From an uncultured virus (IMG/VR IMGVR_UViG_3300032287_003803) (lineage: Duplodnaviria > Heunggongvirae > Uroviricota > Caudoviricetes): DNA of 20,000 bases. A model generated the notes under the pieces. It was not told the origin of the DNA. It saw only the letters and a list, made by a program, of their open reading frames with translations, and did not search any database. Shown piece by piece: positions 10,801 to 17,545 of the stretch; the first letter of the stretch is position 1, and every line of letters begins with the position of its first letter. Location of the stretch: the IMG/VR virus record IMGVR_UViG_3300032287_003803; one strand, 5' to 3'. Both the position numbers and the translations under genes were made by a program.

Positions 10801-10935
10801 CGGATTCTCCTTGAGAAACTTGTACAGCATGATCTTAGCCTCTCTCTCTTCTAAAAAACCTTTCGCATCAAGGATTTCTTGATTGATGTTTAAAAAGTGT
10901 TTTCTTCTTTTTTGATTGCCTTCAGTCCAAGCCAT
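7855..10935 (-). CDS. terL: Terminase large subunit (about 620 aa mature) containing an intein
   Basis: Q-motif LFPFQ, Walker A-like GVW|SRGQSKS after intein removal, GEKLRG, Walker B RMIIDE, coupling motif LSSA, and RNase H-type nuclease ILSFDPS...RRDSYSS. Upstream of portal. Confidence 0.92.
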   Translation of the reverse strand: MAWTEGNQKRRKHFLNINQEILDAKGFLEEREAKIMLYKFLKENPSFTCELLTGIKLFPFQHMAIKSMMLTDYFLGVWCLEKNEYVLTSEGFKKIKDINIGDEVRSRKGLNKVLDKWENPNQLGLEIILKSGDSFKAKKGHKVLTYNAGQFDFKKIEDLKIGDQVPVKLGTNIWGDNDILKNSGYKNNAHLFYLLGYVLGDGYVSKDGYGMHYCSEHIEVHETILKFIQDNNLKSYARQRSSNLNFYEYAIFNREFIKWIESIGWDISLKSANKIICDQLLTASKKEICALIGGLFDADGYASYQEGGSKIGLKNTSLQLLRQVKMLLNNLGVESCVRLSGENKGVKYYDLVLSNDFNSLKTFQTEIDFIVSHKKNNLAKSLERSKTRNYQNKLVPELPSLLKTDGPFEKVVGKKGSWANSFSQNEFDKLKNLSHKNQAIINSIKEEGVVFSPVKFINECEVESIDITVDNEECYIGNGIVHHNSRGQSKSFTTGLFAALDAVLHQGVHIGIISKSFRQSRMIFSKIEDIMKTPKASMFAEAVTRVSKNNDQWVMEIGRSKITALPLGDGEKLRGFRFQRMIIDEFLLMPERIFNEVILPFLSVVENPTERQEIYNLETELIETGKMQEEDRTQWPNNKIIGLSSASYKFEYLYKLYQQYEHLILNPEKSDVAHRVIMHLSYDCAPTQLYDQSLIQQAKSTLSQSQFDREFGSIFTDDSSGYFKVSKMAACTIEDGQGQCVEIAGEPNDEYILSFDPSWSESESSDDFGMHVIKINKEKRIGTVVHSYAISGTRLKDHIFYFYYILTNFNIVCIVGDYNGGVQFLNACNESDLFKSNDLKIDCFDADFDDVQNYNASLREARNQYNLSSKKICHLRRPTSQWIRFANELLQSSFDHKKIWFACSAVNDDYQRQRGKSIPIDQIRFLRVADADEKNTAAKMIDFIEHQKDMIDLTKAECALIQVSTTSQGTQSFDLPSNLKRQNGADKARRDSYSSLVLGNWMVQTYFDMMNFKAEDTEATFTPFFV
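9484..10701 (-). mobile_element. Intein (406 aa) with a LAGLIDADG homing endonuclease
   Basis: Starts with Cys (CLEKNEYVLTSEGFKKIKDI, TGT at 10701-10699) and ends DITVDNEECYIGNGIVHHN followed by Ser+1. Contains LAGLIDADG blocks YLLGYVLGDGY and LIGGLFDADGY. Visibly more AT-rich than the exteins. Confidence 0.95.
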
Positions 10936-11845
10936 TTAATAATCCTCCGTTAATATAAAATTGTAAATCTACGTTCCAAAGCTTTTTGCCATGAACTAAA
11001 AGAAGAGGAATAAGCTTTTCACTGTTCTTGCGATTGCTGGAGAACACAAACTGGCAGCAGTCTTTAAATTCCATTTGCAAAGCTCTCATATTGTGGTAGA
11101 TGTAAGCAAGATTGCTCTTGTGAGAGTTTTTGCCATTGTTTTTCTGTATCTGTTCAAAGTCGCTTTCCACAACCACAAAAATGAAACACTCCTGCTCCCG
11201 CGCACGCGAGAGTTCACGCTTGAATCGTTCCAAGTTATCTTCGCTCACTGTGGATTTAAAATCTGATTCAGACTTGCGATCAACAAACGTATAATTAAAA
11301 TACTTTGGCTCAACACAGTAATCTCCCAAATCCAGCTTTAGAAATTCGCTGTTCTTGAAGGATAGTGGTTGCTGCTCTCGCGTGTCAATGAAAATTTTTG
11401 GGTTTGCATTGACAAGACATTCTTTTGGAAACTTATCGCCAAACATAAGCTTAGAGCCACAACTCTCAGTTGCCGCAGAGTAACTGCCAAAAAACTTTTT
11501 AAAAACTGAAATGCTTGGCAAACCATAACTCTTCAGGATAACTTCGCATGGTGCAAATCCATCCTTGGTCTTTGAACAAAGCATGTCCAAAAGAATCATG
11601 CAAACTCCCAAATCTTTATTGTATTGTTGATTAAAGAACTTATCCTGATTCTCACTACTGAGAAAATAAGTTTGAAAATACTGCTCTTTGTTTTTAAAAG
11701 GCAATAAATCGCCAGTAAGCAAGTCTTTGCGTCTAAAATGCTTTACATAATAATCATGTAAAAACATGTCATGCTTTTTGATGTGAGCATGAAGACTGCG
11801 TTCTGAATCGAACCCTTGTTGACATTCTAAACAATTAAATAACAT
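10922..11845 (-). CDS. C2H2 Zn-finger + ERCC4-type nuclease domain protein
   Basis: CLECQQGFDSERSLHAHIKKH is a C2H2 finger. IFIDTREQ, LGDY, VDRKSESDF and FVVVE form the ERCC4/XPF PD-(D/E)xK core. ATG at 11845 is preferred over the GTG at 11863. Confidence 0.75.
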   Translation of the reverse strand: MLFNCLECQQGFDSERSLHAHIKKHDMFLHDYYVKHFRRKDLLTGDLLPFKNKEQYFQTYFLSSENQDKFFNQQYNKDLGVCMILLDMLCSKTKDGFAPCEVILKSYGLPSISVFKKFFGSYSAATESCGSKLMFGDKFPKECLVNANPKIFIDTREQQPLSFKNSEFLKLDLGDYCVEPKYFNYTFVDRKSESDFKSTVSEDNLERFKRELSRAREQECFIFVVVESDFEQIQKNNGKNSHKSNLAYIYHNMRALQMEFKDCCQFVFSSNRKNSEKLIPLLLVHGKKLWNVDLQFYINGGLLNGLD

Positions 11846-12887
11846 CTTCTTTTGAAACACCAAGAACTCTCGCTTTCCATTCGCCCATGCTCTCTAGTCT
11901 ATTAGCTTCTTCGCTAATTATCTTCTTTTGCATCTCTGCAATCTTGACCATGTTTTTGCGCTCTTCCTCATCCTGAAACAACTGAACCAAAGAAATAATT
12001 GATGCATTTTCTTTGTATTTATTTTTCATTCTTTCGGCGCGATCACCTTGTAGTTTTTTAGTGAGATTTTCAATGCGCCCTTCGCACTGATGGTATTCGC
12101 TGGACTTTGCCTTGATGATTTCAGCAAGCCTCATGGTTATATCTTGTTGATCATCAATCTCATCAAATTGATCGTTAAGTTTGTTCAAGTGCTTGCCAAC
12201 AACTTCCAAGTTGATGATTTCTTTGCACACGTTCATGTAAAGATTCAATTCATCAGAGGATAGGTCTGGCTTGTCCCAAGTTAAACGAATAAATTCTTCT
12301 TCAAAAAGAATGCGATCTTTTTGCGACAAGTAATTATTCATGATTGTCACAAAGCGAGAATTAGAAAGATTAATAGTGAGCTTATCAATACAAATCTTAT
12401 ACTGGCGAGAAATTTTGTTTTCGTCTAGAGTCAAACCTGTAGCATCATTGATCTTTTTTAAAACGCGGCTAGAAGCTTTTGGCGGAATGTACTCTGTGAG
12501 CAGTGCAGACTCAGAATTACCAACAAGATCAGGATTCACTAGTCTAATGTAGTCAAGAATCGCTCTTTGTTCCATGCCAAGCTTTTTAACTTCGCGATCT
12601 TGGAAAATTAATTCAGCAATGCGAAAAGTGGATGTTCCAGCTTGACTCTGCAAAAGAGCAAACTGTTTTTGAGCGTCATTTAATTCAATGCTTTCGCTCT
12701 TTTCTTTTTTTGTGGTTGTGAAGGAATAATTGTTATCAATTAAAAACTGCCTAACCAAACGGCCTTCTTTTTTTCTTCCATCCAAAGACTGATCATTGAA
12801 ACACCTTTTAGTGAGTTCGTTGAGATCAGTGATTTGCAAATAGTTTTCGGTAATGAATTTTTTTTGCTCTTCTGTGAGATCGCTCAT
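11835..12887 (-). CDS. Hypothetical helical/coiled-coil protein; candidate terminase small subunit
   Basis: 350 aa with HTH-like N-terminal segments (TSTFRIAELIF) and a long C-terminal coiled coil, two genes upstream of terL. The function is positional inference only. Confidence 0.55.
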   Translation of the reverse strand: MSDLTEEQKKFITENYLQITDLNELTKRCFNDQSLDGRKKEGRLVRQFLIDNNYSFTTTKKEKSESIELNDAQKQFALLQSQAGTSTFRIAELIFQDREVKKLGMEQRAILDYIRLVNPDLVGNSESALLTEYIPPKASSRVLKKINDATGLTLDENKISRQYKICIDKLTINLSNSRFVTIMNNYLSQKDRILFEEEFIRLTWDKPDLSSDELNLYMNVCKEIINLEVVGKHLNKLNDQFDEIDDQQDITMRLAEIIKAKSSEYHQCEGRIENLTKKLQGDRAERMKNKYKENASIISLVQLFQDEEERKNMVKIAEMQKKIISEEANRLESMGEWKARVLGVSKEDVI

Positions 12888-13570
12888 AAAATGTCTTTAT
12901 TCTTTAAGATTTCAACAGCCTTGTCTCGAAAAAGCTTTTTGAGATTTTTGATTTGCTTGTAGCCGATTTTACGATTTTTTTCGCTGCTGCGATAGCCTAA
13001 AAATTTTGCAACATCTTCGTCCGACATCTTTTCGAAGAAAAGCATTTGGTAGGCGCGGAAATAGTTTTCCGACAATACTTTTTTCATCTCTTGATTCAGC
13101 AGGGAGATTGATTGAGAAAAATCTAATTGATGCAGAGGCATCTCTTCAACTTCGCGAGAGTGATTTTCCAACTCTAGTGGAAGCTTAATGTTATAACCGT
13201 ATCTCTTGCTCTTGGACCAAACAGCATACTTTTCACAAGAGGAGTCTTGCGCTCCGCTAATATTTAAAGCACAAAAATCATCGCCCAAATTATAAGGGCA
13301 ACTCATGCACGGTTTAACGTAATTTGTATAATTGTTGCGAATAAGATTTCGAATCTGATTAGCAATGACGCGAGAAAGCCAAGGCTCAAGAGCTTTCTTC
13401 TGATCCCACATGTTCCACTTCTTGAAAATATGTAATTTAATGATTTGCTCAACGTCTTCGAAAGACATCCATTTTAATACGTTAAGCTGCCATTTGTTTC
13501 GGCGCTTTCGTATTTCGATTTCAATGATTGGTAGCTTTTCCTCGAAAAGAATTTTTTTACGTCTTGGCAT
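12884..13570 (-). CDS. ECF-like RNA polymerase sigma factor with a Cys4 insert
   Basis: Region-2-like FEDVEQII..IFKKW..LEPWLSRVIANQIRNLIR and region-4 HTH-like AYQMLFFEKMSDEDVAKFLGY. A CMSC..FC..SC insert lies between them. Confidence 0.7.
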   Translation of the reverse strand: MPRRKKILFEEKLPIIEIEIRKRRNKWQLNVLKWMSFEDVEQIIKLHIFKKWNMWDQKKALEPWLSRVIANQIRNLIRNNYTNYVKPCMSCPYNLGDDFCALNISGAQDSSCEKYAVWSKSKRYGYNIKLPLELENHSREVEEMPLHQLDFSQSISLLNQEMKKVLSENYFRAYQMLFFEKMSDEDVAKFLGYRSSEKNRKIGYKQIKNLKKLFRDKAVEILKNKDIL

Positions 13571-13904
13571 GTTTGTCTTTAAGTTCGCTTAAAGACATTG
13601 CACGATTTCTTCTAGAGAATGTTCTTGGTTGACCAAAAAGCTCGCCCAATTGATAGCTACGATTGCTAGAACCGTCGTTTTCAATTTCATAAGCAAGAGA
13701 GGAAAGATTAGGAATTTCAGAAACATCAGAAAACTCTTCTGAGCTTTCATCTTCTTCTTTAATAGTTTCTTCTCTCTTGTTGGGCGCAGGTAGTTTGGCT
13801 GATGCGGTGGCAGTTAATTTTGTACCGCATTTTCCGCAAAAGTTTGGAGCAGAGACTGTGTAAGTTATTTTATTGCCACAGTTGGTACAGAATGAAACGG
13901 CCAT
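13557..13904 (-). CDS. Zinc-ribbon protein with an acidic linker
   Basis: N-terminal FCTNCG..NFCGKCG, then EEDESSEEFSD. Overlaps the sigma gene start. Confidence 0.7.
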   Translation of the reverse strand: MAVSFCTNCGNKITYTVSAPNFCGKCGTKLTATASAKLPAPNKREETIKEEDESSEEFSDVSEIPNLSSLAYEIENDGSSNRSYQLGELFGQPRTFSRRNRAMSLSELKDKHAKT

Positions 13905-13905
13905 A

Positions 13906-14184
13906 TTATTTAGATTTTAATTCTTTTTTGATTTCGTCAGTGTCTCGCTTTATATATTCAAGCTTAGTGTTGATTAATTCAACTATTGATTGAATTTTTT
14001 GATCAAGCATTTTGTTTTTTGATTCCACTTCGACTACTCTCTCATCAAGAACTTGCAAATCTACTATAGAGGCATAATTACTGTTAAGCCACAAAACAAG
14101 AACGCCCACAACAACTAACACAGTGCTCTTGATGGCTTCGAACCAATCAAGGCTAATTTTATTTGTTGAGGGCTTCTCTGGCAT
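13906..14184 (-). CDS. Small single-TM coiled-coil protein (holin- or spanin-like, uncertain)
   Basis: Hydrophobic VLVVVGVLVLWL followed by a heptad-rich charged tail. Has its own GTGTAA motif upstream. Confidence 0.55.
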   Translation of the reverse strand: MPEKPSTNKISLDWFEAIKSTVLVVVGVLVLWLNSNYASIVDLQVLDERVVEVESKNKMLDQKIQSIVELINTKLEYIKRDTDEIKKELKSK

Positions 14185-14198
14185 GTTTTAATTTACAC
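14185..14198 (-). promoter_or_regulatory. Candidate late promoter GTGTAAATTAAAAC
   Basis: The motif is formed by the last codon and stop of phoH (GTG TAA) and abuts the ATG at 14184. Confidence 0.5.
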
Positions 14199-14915
14199 TT
14201 TTTTATCCATGTTTTCGATTTTTTCAACGATAAATTTAAGAATTTCGCTGCGGAAAATATCGCTCTTGTCAAACTTAAAAACATGAATTCCTCTGGCTTT
14301 ACTTTCTTCGTTATCGAAACAATCCAAGAAGCGTGAGAAGCCGCTGCTGCGAATATCGCTTTGCATCAAATCACCAGATAAGAAAATCTTGGCATTCTCG
14401 CCAACGCGAGTGAGAAGCGTTACAAGCTCTTTTTTAGAGAAGTTTTGGCACTCATCACAAACAACAACTTTGTTTTGCCAGCTTGAGCCGCGCACAAAGT
14501 TTACTGGCATAGCGTTAATAACGCCATCTTTGCGCAAGGATAGCATTGTTGGCGCTGTGATGATTTCGTCCATCTTGTCCTCAAGAGGAAGCAAGAAAGG
14601 CAAGAACTTCTCATCCACAGTTCCTGGTAAGCTGCCCAAGCCTTTGTCGCCGCTCTCTGCAATGCTGCGGATGTATGTTAAGTCCCAATCTCTGTTTGAT
14701 GCTAAAAGATTCAACGCAGAATATACGCTCATGTAAGTTTTCGCGCTTCCTGCTGGACCCGCTATAAATACTATTTTTGTTTCGGGGTTTAAACAAATTT
14801 CGAGCAGTTGTTTTTGCTTTTCGGAAAATTTAAATTTGCGCTGTTTGAACTCGACTTTACGTTCCATTGAACCGATTTCAATCGAACCCTCTGAAGACTT
14901 TTTAGATTTGGCCAT
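14193..14915 (-). CDS. phoH: PhoH-family ATPase
   Basis: GPAGSAKT (Walker A variant), LGSLPG, FVRGSSW, VVCDECQN, LLTRVGE, GDLMQSD and DIFRSE are all PhoH signature motifs. Confidence 0.93.
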   Translation of the reverse strand: MAKSKKSSEGSIEIGSMERKVEFKQRKFKFSEKQKQLLEICLNPETKIVFIAGPAGSAKTYMSVYSALNLLASNRDWDLTYIRSIAESGDKGLGSLPGTVDEKFLPFLLPLEDKMDEIITAPTMLSLRKDGVINAMPVNFVRGSSWQNKVVVCDECQNFSKKELVTLLTRVGENAKIFLSGDLMQSDIRSSGFSRFLDCFDNEESKARGIHVFKFDKSDIFRSEILKFIVEKIENMDKKV

Positions 14916-14931
14916 TCAGATTATATTACAC
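14916..14931 (-). promoter_or_regulatory. Candidate late promoter GTGTAATATAATCTGA
   Basis: Fills almost the whole intergenic gap upstream of phoH. Same core as upstream of portal. Confidence 0.6.
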
Positions 14932-14932
14932 T

Positions 14933-15841
14933 TTAATAAATATTTTCTCTGATTGTTACTGCACCATTTAAAGAATTTCCTTGCTGCTGAGTGAGTGATT
15001 GACTAGTGATTTTGCCGCTCACATCAATGGCAAAAACATAATTGCTTCGGGGATCAAAAGAAGTTCCAGTGATAAAATACCTAAAAGGAGAAAACCTAAA
15101 ACTCACAAAAGAACCATCGCCGCTGCCATTAAAATCAATAATTTGTCCCACATTTTCGCCCTCAATGGTGACTGTGCGCTCAACGCTGTTTAAAAGAACT
15201 CTCTCTGGTGTTTTGTAGCCAATGGTGTAAACGGGCGTGCGAGAGCAGGAGACGCTGATTTGAGCGCTCTTCTTGCTTTGAGGTAGTGGCTCTAGGTTGC
15301 CAGTGATGCCCACTGCTAAAGCGTGCAAAGAATCAAAATAAGCTCCTGTTCCAGCTTGCTTCAGAAGATTTGGCGCATTTGCCATGCCAGTAAAGGTTGT
15401 GCCTTCAATCCCGTCAACATCGTAACTATTAAAGTCGGCGCTAAAAATGATTGGCTGATAGGGAGTGATTTGAATCGAGTAAGAATTAAGGTGACAGTCT
15501 TTAAACAAGAAATTGCCCACTCTAATCTGATGTCCTGTTTGAAATTCGCCAGTGAGTGCCAAAACTCCTGTTTGAGAAATTTTGCGAGAATTCGCGTTCT
15601 CCCCAATCATGGGAAACCAAGAGAAAGAAATTTTGGCAGCTAATGGGGCTGTGGGCGCAAAATCGTTTCTGATGGGAGTTCTGCCCAAATATTTTCGCGG
15701 CTCTAGAGATGAGTCAAAATTTATGCTCACTTCATTTGCTGCCATCAAGTCACTGTTTGTGCTTCCTGTGGAAGGAGCTTGGTTGGCAGCGTTGAAATTT
15801 GCGAAAACGGGAACGTTTGTGTATTTAATGAATTTTGACAT
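14933..15841 (-). CDS. Tail-tube-like structural protein
   Basis: Likely start is MSKFIKY (ATG at 15841). The ORF-track extension to 15883 covers the promoter region. QISVSCSRTPVYTIG resembles SLSLPMSRTPIERLG of the 1..918 protein, and HLNSYSIQITP is a tube-like strand. Confidence 0.55.
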   Translation of the reverse strand: MSKFIKYTNVPVFANFNAANQAPSTGSTNSDLMAANEVSINFDSSLEPRKYLGRTPIRNDFAPTAPLAAKISFSWFPMIGENANSRKISQTGVLALTGEFQTGHQIRVGNFLFKDCHLNSYSIQITPYQPIIFSADFNSYDVDGIEGTTFTGMANAPNLLKQAGTGAYFDSLHALAVGITGNLEPLPQSKKSAQISVSCSRTPVYTIGYKTPERVLLNSVERTVTIEGENVGQIIDFNGSGDGSFVSFRFSPFRYFITGTSFDPRSNYVFAIDVSGKITSQSLTQQQGNSLNGAVTIRENIY

Positions 15842-15875
15842 TGACCTTTTCTTTTTCTTATGATAAATTACACCA
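15841..15875. promoter_or_regulatory. Overlapping divergent promoters
   Basis: Plus strand: TTGACC(15841)-N17-TAAATT(15864) with extended TG, 6 nt before the ATG at 15876. Minus strand: GTGTAATTTAT at 15873-15863. Confidence 0.55.
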
Positions 15876-16283
15876 ATGAACAAGAGTTTAGAAAAGTGCG
15901 TGGAAATAACTAAAGGACTAAAGCCTCACAAACAGAATGGCCGCAGTTTTCATGCCACTTTTATTTTTGACAAGAAGAGACTGCTCAGCATTGGCTATAA
16001 TGACTATAAAAAGCATCATCCCTATCACAAGATGGGCAAGTACATTGGCTACAAAACCAACCCTGAAAAATACCAGCCCTGCTTGCATTCTGAGATTAGT
16101 GCTTTGTTGAAACTGGGTGAAGAAGATTTGAGTCGTTGTGTTTTTATTAATGTGAGAATAGACCAGAGAGGCGAACTAGCCCTAGCAAAGCCTTGCCAAA
16201 ATTGCGAAAGAGTTTTGCGGCAGGTTGGTTTTAAAAAGCTTTTTTATTCTTCTGAAAAAGGGTTTGTGGAAATGATGGGTTGA
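15876..16283 (+). CDS. Zn-dependent cytidine/CMP deaminase-like protein
   Basis: HSE (HxE) and PCQNC (PCxxC) catalytic motifs, plus LLSIGYN and KKLFYS typical of the deaminase fold. Confidence 0.85.
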   Translation: MNKSLEKCVEITKGLKPHKQNGRSFHATFIFDKKRLLSIGYNDYKKHHPYHKMGKYIGYKTNPEKYQPCLHSEISALLKLGEEDLSRCVFINVRIDQRGELALAKPCQNCERVLRQVGFKKLFYSSEKGFVEMMG

Positions 16284-16420
16284 TTTTTTTTCTTGTTTTA
16301 ATAGCATTTGTTTGTTTTAAGAGGGGGGTGTTTTTTTATTAATTGGGGGGGAGTAGTGAATGCAAGATGATGAGGAACATGGGGGGAGATGAATAGTTGT
16401 TTTTAAGAGTGGAGATTGAG

Positions 16421-16594
16421 AAAACCTACCCCTGGCCGCGCTAGGGAATTTTCTTAGGTCAAATTCTTAGGAAATGGGGGTGGGGGCTTTTCTTAGTCAA
16501 CACTAGGGCAGTTACCTAGGCCGCCCTAATGGGGGGCACGCTGTCAAACGAAAACAAAAAAAACAAATGGTGGAGACTTGGCACGCTAATTACC
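16421..16594. repeat. Composite intergenic element A (degenerate, partly inverted)
   Basis: ACCTACCCCTGGCC (inverted palindrome half), TTCTTAG x3 (inverse of CTAAGAA), TTACCTAGGCC at 16512, TGTCAA at 16542 and a TTGGCACGCTAATTAC box at 16578. Confidence 0.6.
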
Positions 16595-16631
16595 ATAAAA
16601 GAAAAACACTAAAAATAAATGCACGTTGCGC

Positions 16632-16659
16632 TTGCGCTTCCGTGAGAATGTGGCAATAT
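16632..16659 (+). promoter_or_regulatory. sigma70-type early promoter TTGCGC-N16-CAATAT (extended TG)
   Basis: Same geometry as nine other promoters in the array, with an A-rich UP-like tract upstream. Confidence 0.6.
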
Positions 16660-16684
16660 ATAAACAGTTAACCAAACGAACAAC

Positions 16685-16924
16685 ATGCAAAACGAAATCA
16701 ATCTCGCCGCCCTTGAAACCAAAACTCTCACCGCTCTTCCCGAACTTGACCTCCGCTCCATTGAACTTGACGGCGTGGACTTTCGCGACTATCCCGACTT
16801 CTGTGATGCTTTTATCAGCTATGCGGAAGCAAAGGACGGCACGCCTCTAACAAGCGAGCAACTGGAAATCTTGAATGAAGATTCCGACTTGGTTCACACG
16901 CTTGCGCATGATTCCTGCCACTAA
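16685..16924 (+). CDS. Small acidic phage protein (79 aa)
   Basis: IELDGVDFRDYPDFCDAFISYAE..DGTPLT..LEILNE. 18 D/E versus 4 K/R. Has its own promoter. Confidence 0.8.
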   Translation: MQNEINLAALETKTLTALPELDLRSIELDGVDFRDYPDFCDAFISYAEAKDGTPLTSEQLEILNEDSDLVHTLAHDSCH

Positions 16925-16938
16925 TCGCACAAAATCGC

Positions 16939-16966
16939 TTGCGCGTTTAACCTTTTGCTCTATACT
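16939..16966 (+). promoter_or_regulatory. Early promoter TTGCGC-N16-TATACT
   Basis: Ends 6 nt before the ATG at 16973. Confidence 0.75.
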
Positions 16967-16972
16967 CTAACC

Positions 16973-17104
16973 ATGGAAACAATCGAAACAATCCCCGCCC
17001 TCCTCCTTGAAATGGCTGAAAAACTTTGGCCCGTCTCTGCTTTCTCCTCGCGTGAAGATTGGGAAGCCTACGTTGTCAAATGGCTCCCAAAAATTACGAA
17101 ATAA
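16973..17104 (+). CDS. Hypothetical 43-aa protein (not in the ORF track)
   Basis: METIETIPALLLEMAEKLWPVSAFSSREDWEAYVVKWLPKITK*, fitted exactly between two promoters. Confidence 0.7.
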   Translation: METIETIPALLLEMAEKLWPVSAFSSREDWEAYVVKWLPKITK

Positions 17105-17107
17105 AAC

Positions 17108-17135
17108 TTGCGCCCCTCCTTTTCCCCTCTATCTT
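17108..17135 (+). promoter_or_regulatory. Early promoter TTGCGC-N16-TATCTT
   Basis: Ends 9 nt before the ATG at 17145. Confidence 0.7.
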
Positions 17136-17144
17136 TCCCTTACC

Positions 17145-17366
17145 ATGAACGAACTCATTGCAAAACTTGATTGGAACGCTGACCCGAATCCCTCGCCCTA
17201 TCAATGGAGCGCATGGCGCTCCTTGCTCTCCATGCCTGCGGAAAGCGTGCTTCCTGCCCTTCGCGAGTATCGCGAAAACCTCATGGCTAAATACAAAAAC
17301 TTCTTCCCCTATAACTACGCTTTCGCCTTTGAACGTTGCAAATCCACCAACAAAACAAACCTATAA
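17145..17366 (+). CDS. Hypothetical 73-aa protein
   Basis: MNELIAKLDWNADPNPSPYQWSAW... Start reassigned from 17007 because of promoter position. Confidence 0.7.
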   Translation: MNELIAKLDWNADPNPSPYQWSAWRSLLSMPAESVLPALREYRENLMAKYKNFFPYNYAFAFERCKSTNKTNL

Positions 17367-17380
17367 TCCTCATAAACGCC

Positions 17381-17545
17381 ATGCAATTCTCCACTACTGC
17401 CGAAGACATGCACGCGCTCGCTAGCGAGCACGACGCACGCTATGATTCACTTAATCCCGAATGGGACGATCTCCTACAGGAGCAAGAGGATAAGTTCTTA
17501 GATGCTTTCTATGAGAGGGCAGTGGAAAAGTCCTACGAACTTTGA
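17381..17545 (+). CDS. Acidic 54-aa protein (FSTTAEDMHA family, copy 1)
   Basis: MQFSTTAEDMHALASEHD... 15 D/E versus 4 K/R. TATAAT at 17362-17367. N-terminus shared with 19077..19208. Confidence 0.7.
   Translation: MQFSTTAEDMHALASEHDARYDSLNPEWDDLLQEQEDKFLDAFYERAVEKSYEL

Noticed and set aside
14193..14915. phoH as a novel auxiliary gene
   Set aside because: PhoH is widespread in aquatic phages. The motif variants (GSAKT, RGSS) are minor.
136..15863. Many antisense or alternate-frame ORFs in the track (e.g. 499..1092-, 5257..5739+, 6088..6642+, 3941..4357+)
   Set aside because: They overlap well-supported genes, have no motifs and are shadows of codon bias. The poly-Ser ORF mirrors the poly-Glu tract.
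16284..16684. tRNA or known structured RNA in the large intergenic region
   Set aside because: No cloverleaf, T-loop (GTTCRA) or other recognisable RNA family pattern was seen by eye.
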